Shown: positions 62,938 to 64,000 of the stretch, piece by piece | How positions within the stretch are numbered: the stretch's first letter is position 1 | Layout of the letters: each line of letters starts with the position of its first letter | Origin: Curvularia clavata | Taxonomy: Eukaryota | DNA: 64,000 nucleotides | Direction: 5' to 3' | Assembly: GCA_023920165.1 (NCBI GenBank) | Contig: CP089277.1 | Coordinates: 4,092,001-4,156,000, forward strand | Translations under genes and position numbers: made by a program | Notes under the pieces: model-generated | Seen by the model: only the letters and a program-made list of their open reading frames with translations | What the model was told of the DNA's origin: nothing | Database searches by the model: none

Positions 62938-63107
62938 TCAAGTGGTAAGTATTAGTTAAGTGCAATATATCAAGTGTTGAATGTTGAGAGCTGAATATCA
63001 AGTGCCAAGTATTAAATGTTGAGTGCAGAGTGTTGAGAGCCGAGTATCCAGTGCCGAGTACTGAATGTTGAGTGTGGACTGTTGAGTCTTGATTGTTGAG
63101 TATTAAG
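62938..63107. repeat. Degenerate 7-bp minisatellite (YGAGTRY-like, >20 units)
   Basis: ..CAAGTGT TGAATGT TGAGAGC TGAATAT CAAGTGC CAAGTAT TAAATGT TGAGTGC AGAGTGT TGAGAGC CGAGTAT.. Confidence 0.85.
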
Positions 63108-63257
63108 AAAATAGAATTATTCCATACTATGTACCCGGTAGTTGCAAAAACGTTATATATCCTTCCTCTCATGAATTCCCCAATTAACATAACACATACA
63201 ATAATAAAGATAGCTACCACTACTACTACTGCCTATAAAACAGCAACTACAGCAACA

Positions 63258-63842
63258 ATGCGCGTTGCTCTTTTTACTATTGTTACCCTCCTAGGCCTGA
63301 CTACCACCGCCACTATCCTACCAAAACGCGGCGAAACTACTAAACGGAACACTAATGTTTGTCCTGGCATTGAATATCCACGGTGCTGTGAAACAAATGA
63401 CAATGGGGTTGTTGTATCTTGTGTATACCGTACGTAATACCCTTTTTCATTAATGACGTTATTTTCATATTTGCTCAATTCTTCGTTATGACATTCCTTA
63501 GTATAATGCACATCTATGTAATGTATCATACCTTCGCTAACTTAGACATTTTTAGCTGGAAAAATTGACTCAATGGAAGATTTTAAGAGGGCTTGTGAAC
63601 AAATGAACGAAAAAGACCGCGAAGAACGCGAAGGACACCGAGGACGTGGAGGACGCGAAGGACGCGAAAAGCGAGCAGACGAAGAGGAAGAAGAAGAAGA
63701 AAAAAAAGAAGGTGGCAAAGTATACCGCGAAGGGAAACAGCCTATGTGCTGTCGCTCTGATGATGCATCGGTTGTACCAGATGTTGGGAACCTGCTACCT
63801 CGCGCTGTGACTGATAATATGTGCACAGATCTAGAGGGTTAG
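63258..63842 (+). CDS. Secreted class II hydrophobin-like protein with 50-residue charged C5-C6 loop (152 aa)
   Basis: Signal peptide MRVALFTIVTLLGLTTTA. Intron 63430-63555 (GTACGT..GCTAAC..TTTAG) joins two ORFs to give C-X7-CC-X10-C-X15-C-X50-CC-X23-C. Confidence 0.8.
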
Positions 63843-64000
63843 TTAATTGTTATGCTTGAGTGGGAGAGGGGAGGAATGTAGATAATGCGGGCATAGATAA
63901 AATCTAGCATATTGTCTTTCCGTTCGCGGATGTTTTGTATCCTATGTTTTAAGCAGCAGTATCCAGTTGACTTTTGACCTAATACTAGATTCACATAGGT

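Noticed and set aside
63774..63828. Possible second intron (GTACCA..CACAG) in the hydrophobin-like gene
   Set aside because: Weak donor; splicing it would delete the eighth Cys and stop immediately, whereas the unspliced frame completes the 8-Cys pattern.
32000..64000. Possibility that the accessory block is Starship cargo
   Set aside because: No DUF3435 tyrosine-recombinase captain or element boundary visible in this window.

Overview
Eukaryotic DNA from a filamentous ascomycete: short GT-AG introns with CTRAC branch points; gene content suggests a Dothideomycete/Pleosporales-type fungus (inference). The first ~31 kb is dense, mostly conserved core genome: a metallophosphoesterase 3' end, PAF-acetylhydrolase, a bZIP factor, TOA1, RAD1-family clamp, OST5, GCN5, a CNT nucleoside transporter, CDC20, Kelch-BTB, TPR/F-box/LRR and a hybrid histidine kinase. 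From ~32 kb it becomes accessory/secondary-metabolism-like. This part holds a stand-alone isocyanide synthase (DIT1/PvcA), a complete Fot1/pogo transposon and a CFEM/Pth11 receptor. It also holds a ~1,590-aa fusion of an IDO-like heme domain + FAD/NADPH reductase + cytochrome b5, an Mtr-type amino acid permease and a highly reducing PKS. After ~58.6 kb the DNA is AT-rich with solo LTRs, a minisatellite and two intron-split small secreted Cys-rich genes. One of these is a class II hydrophobin-like protein whose C5-C6 loop is expanded to 50 mostly charged residues. Best leads: the self-reducing IDO-like fusion and its possible ICS/permease/PKS cluster, the aberrant hydrophobin, the LTR-flanked Cys-rich effector candidate, and a strongly base-paired RNA structure in a TOA1 intron. 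All family calls come from motif recognition by eye, not database searches.
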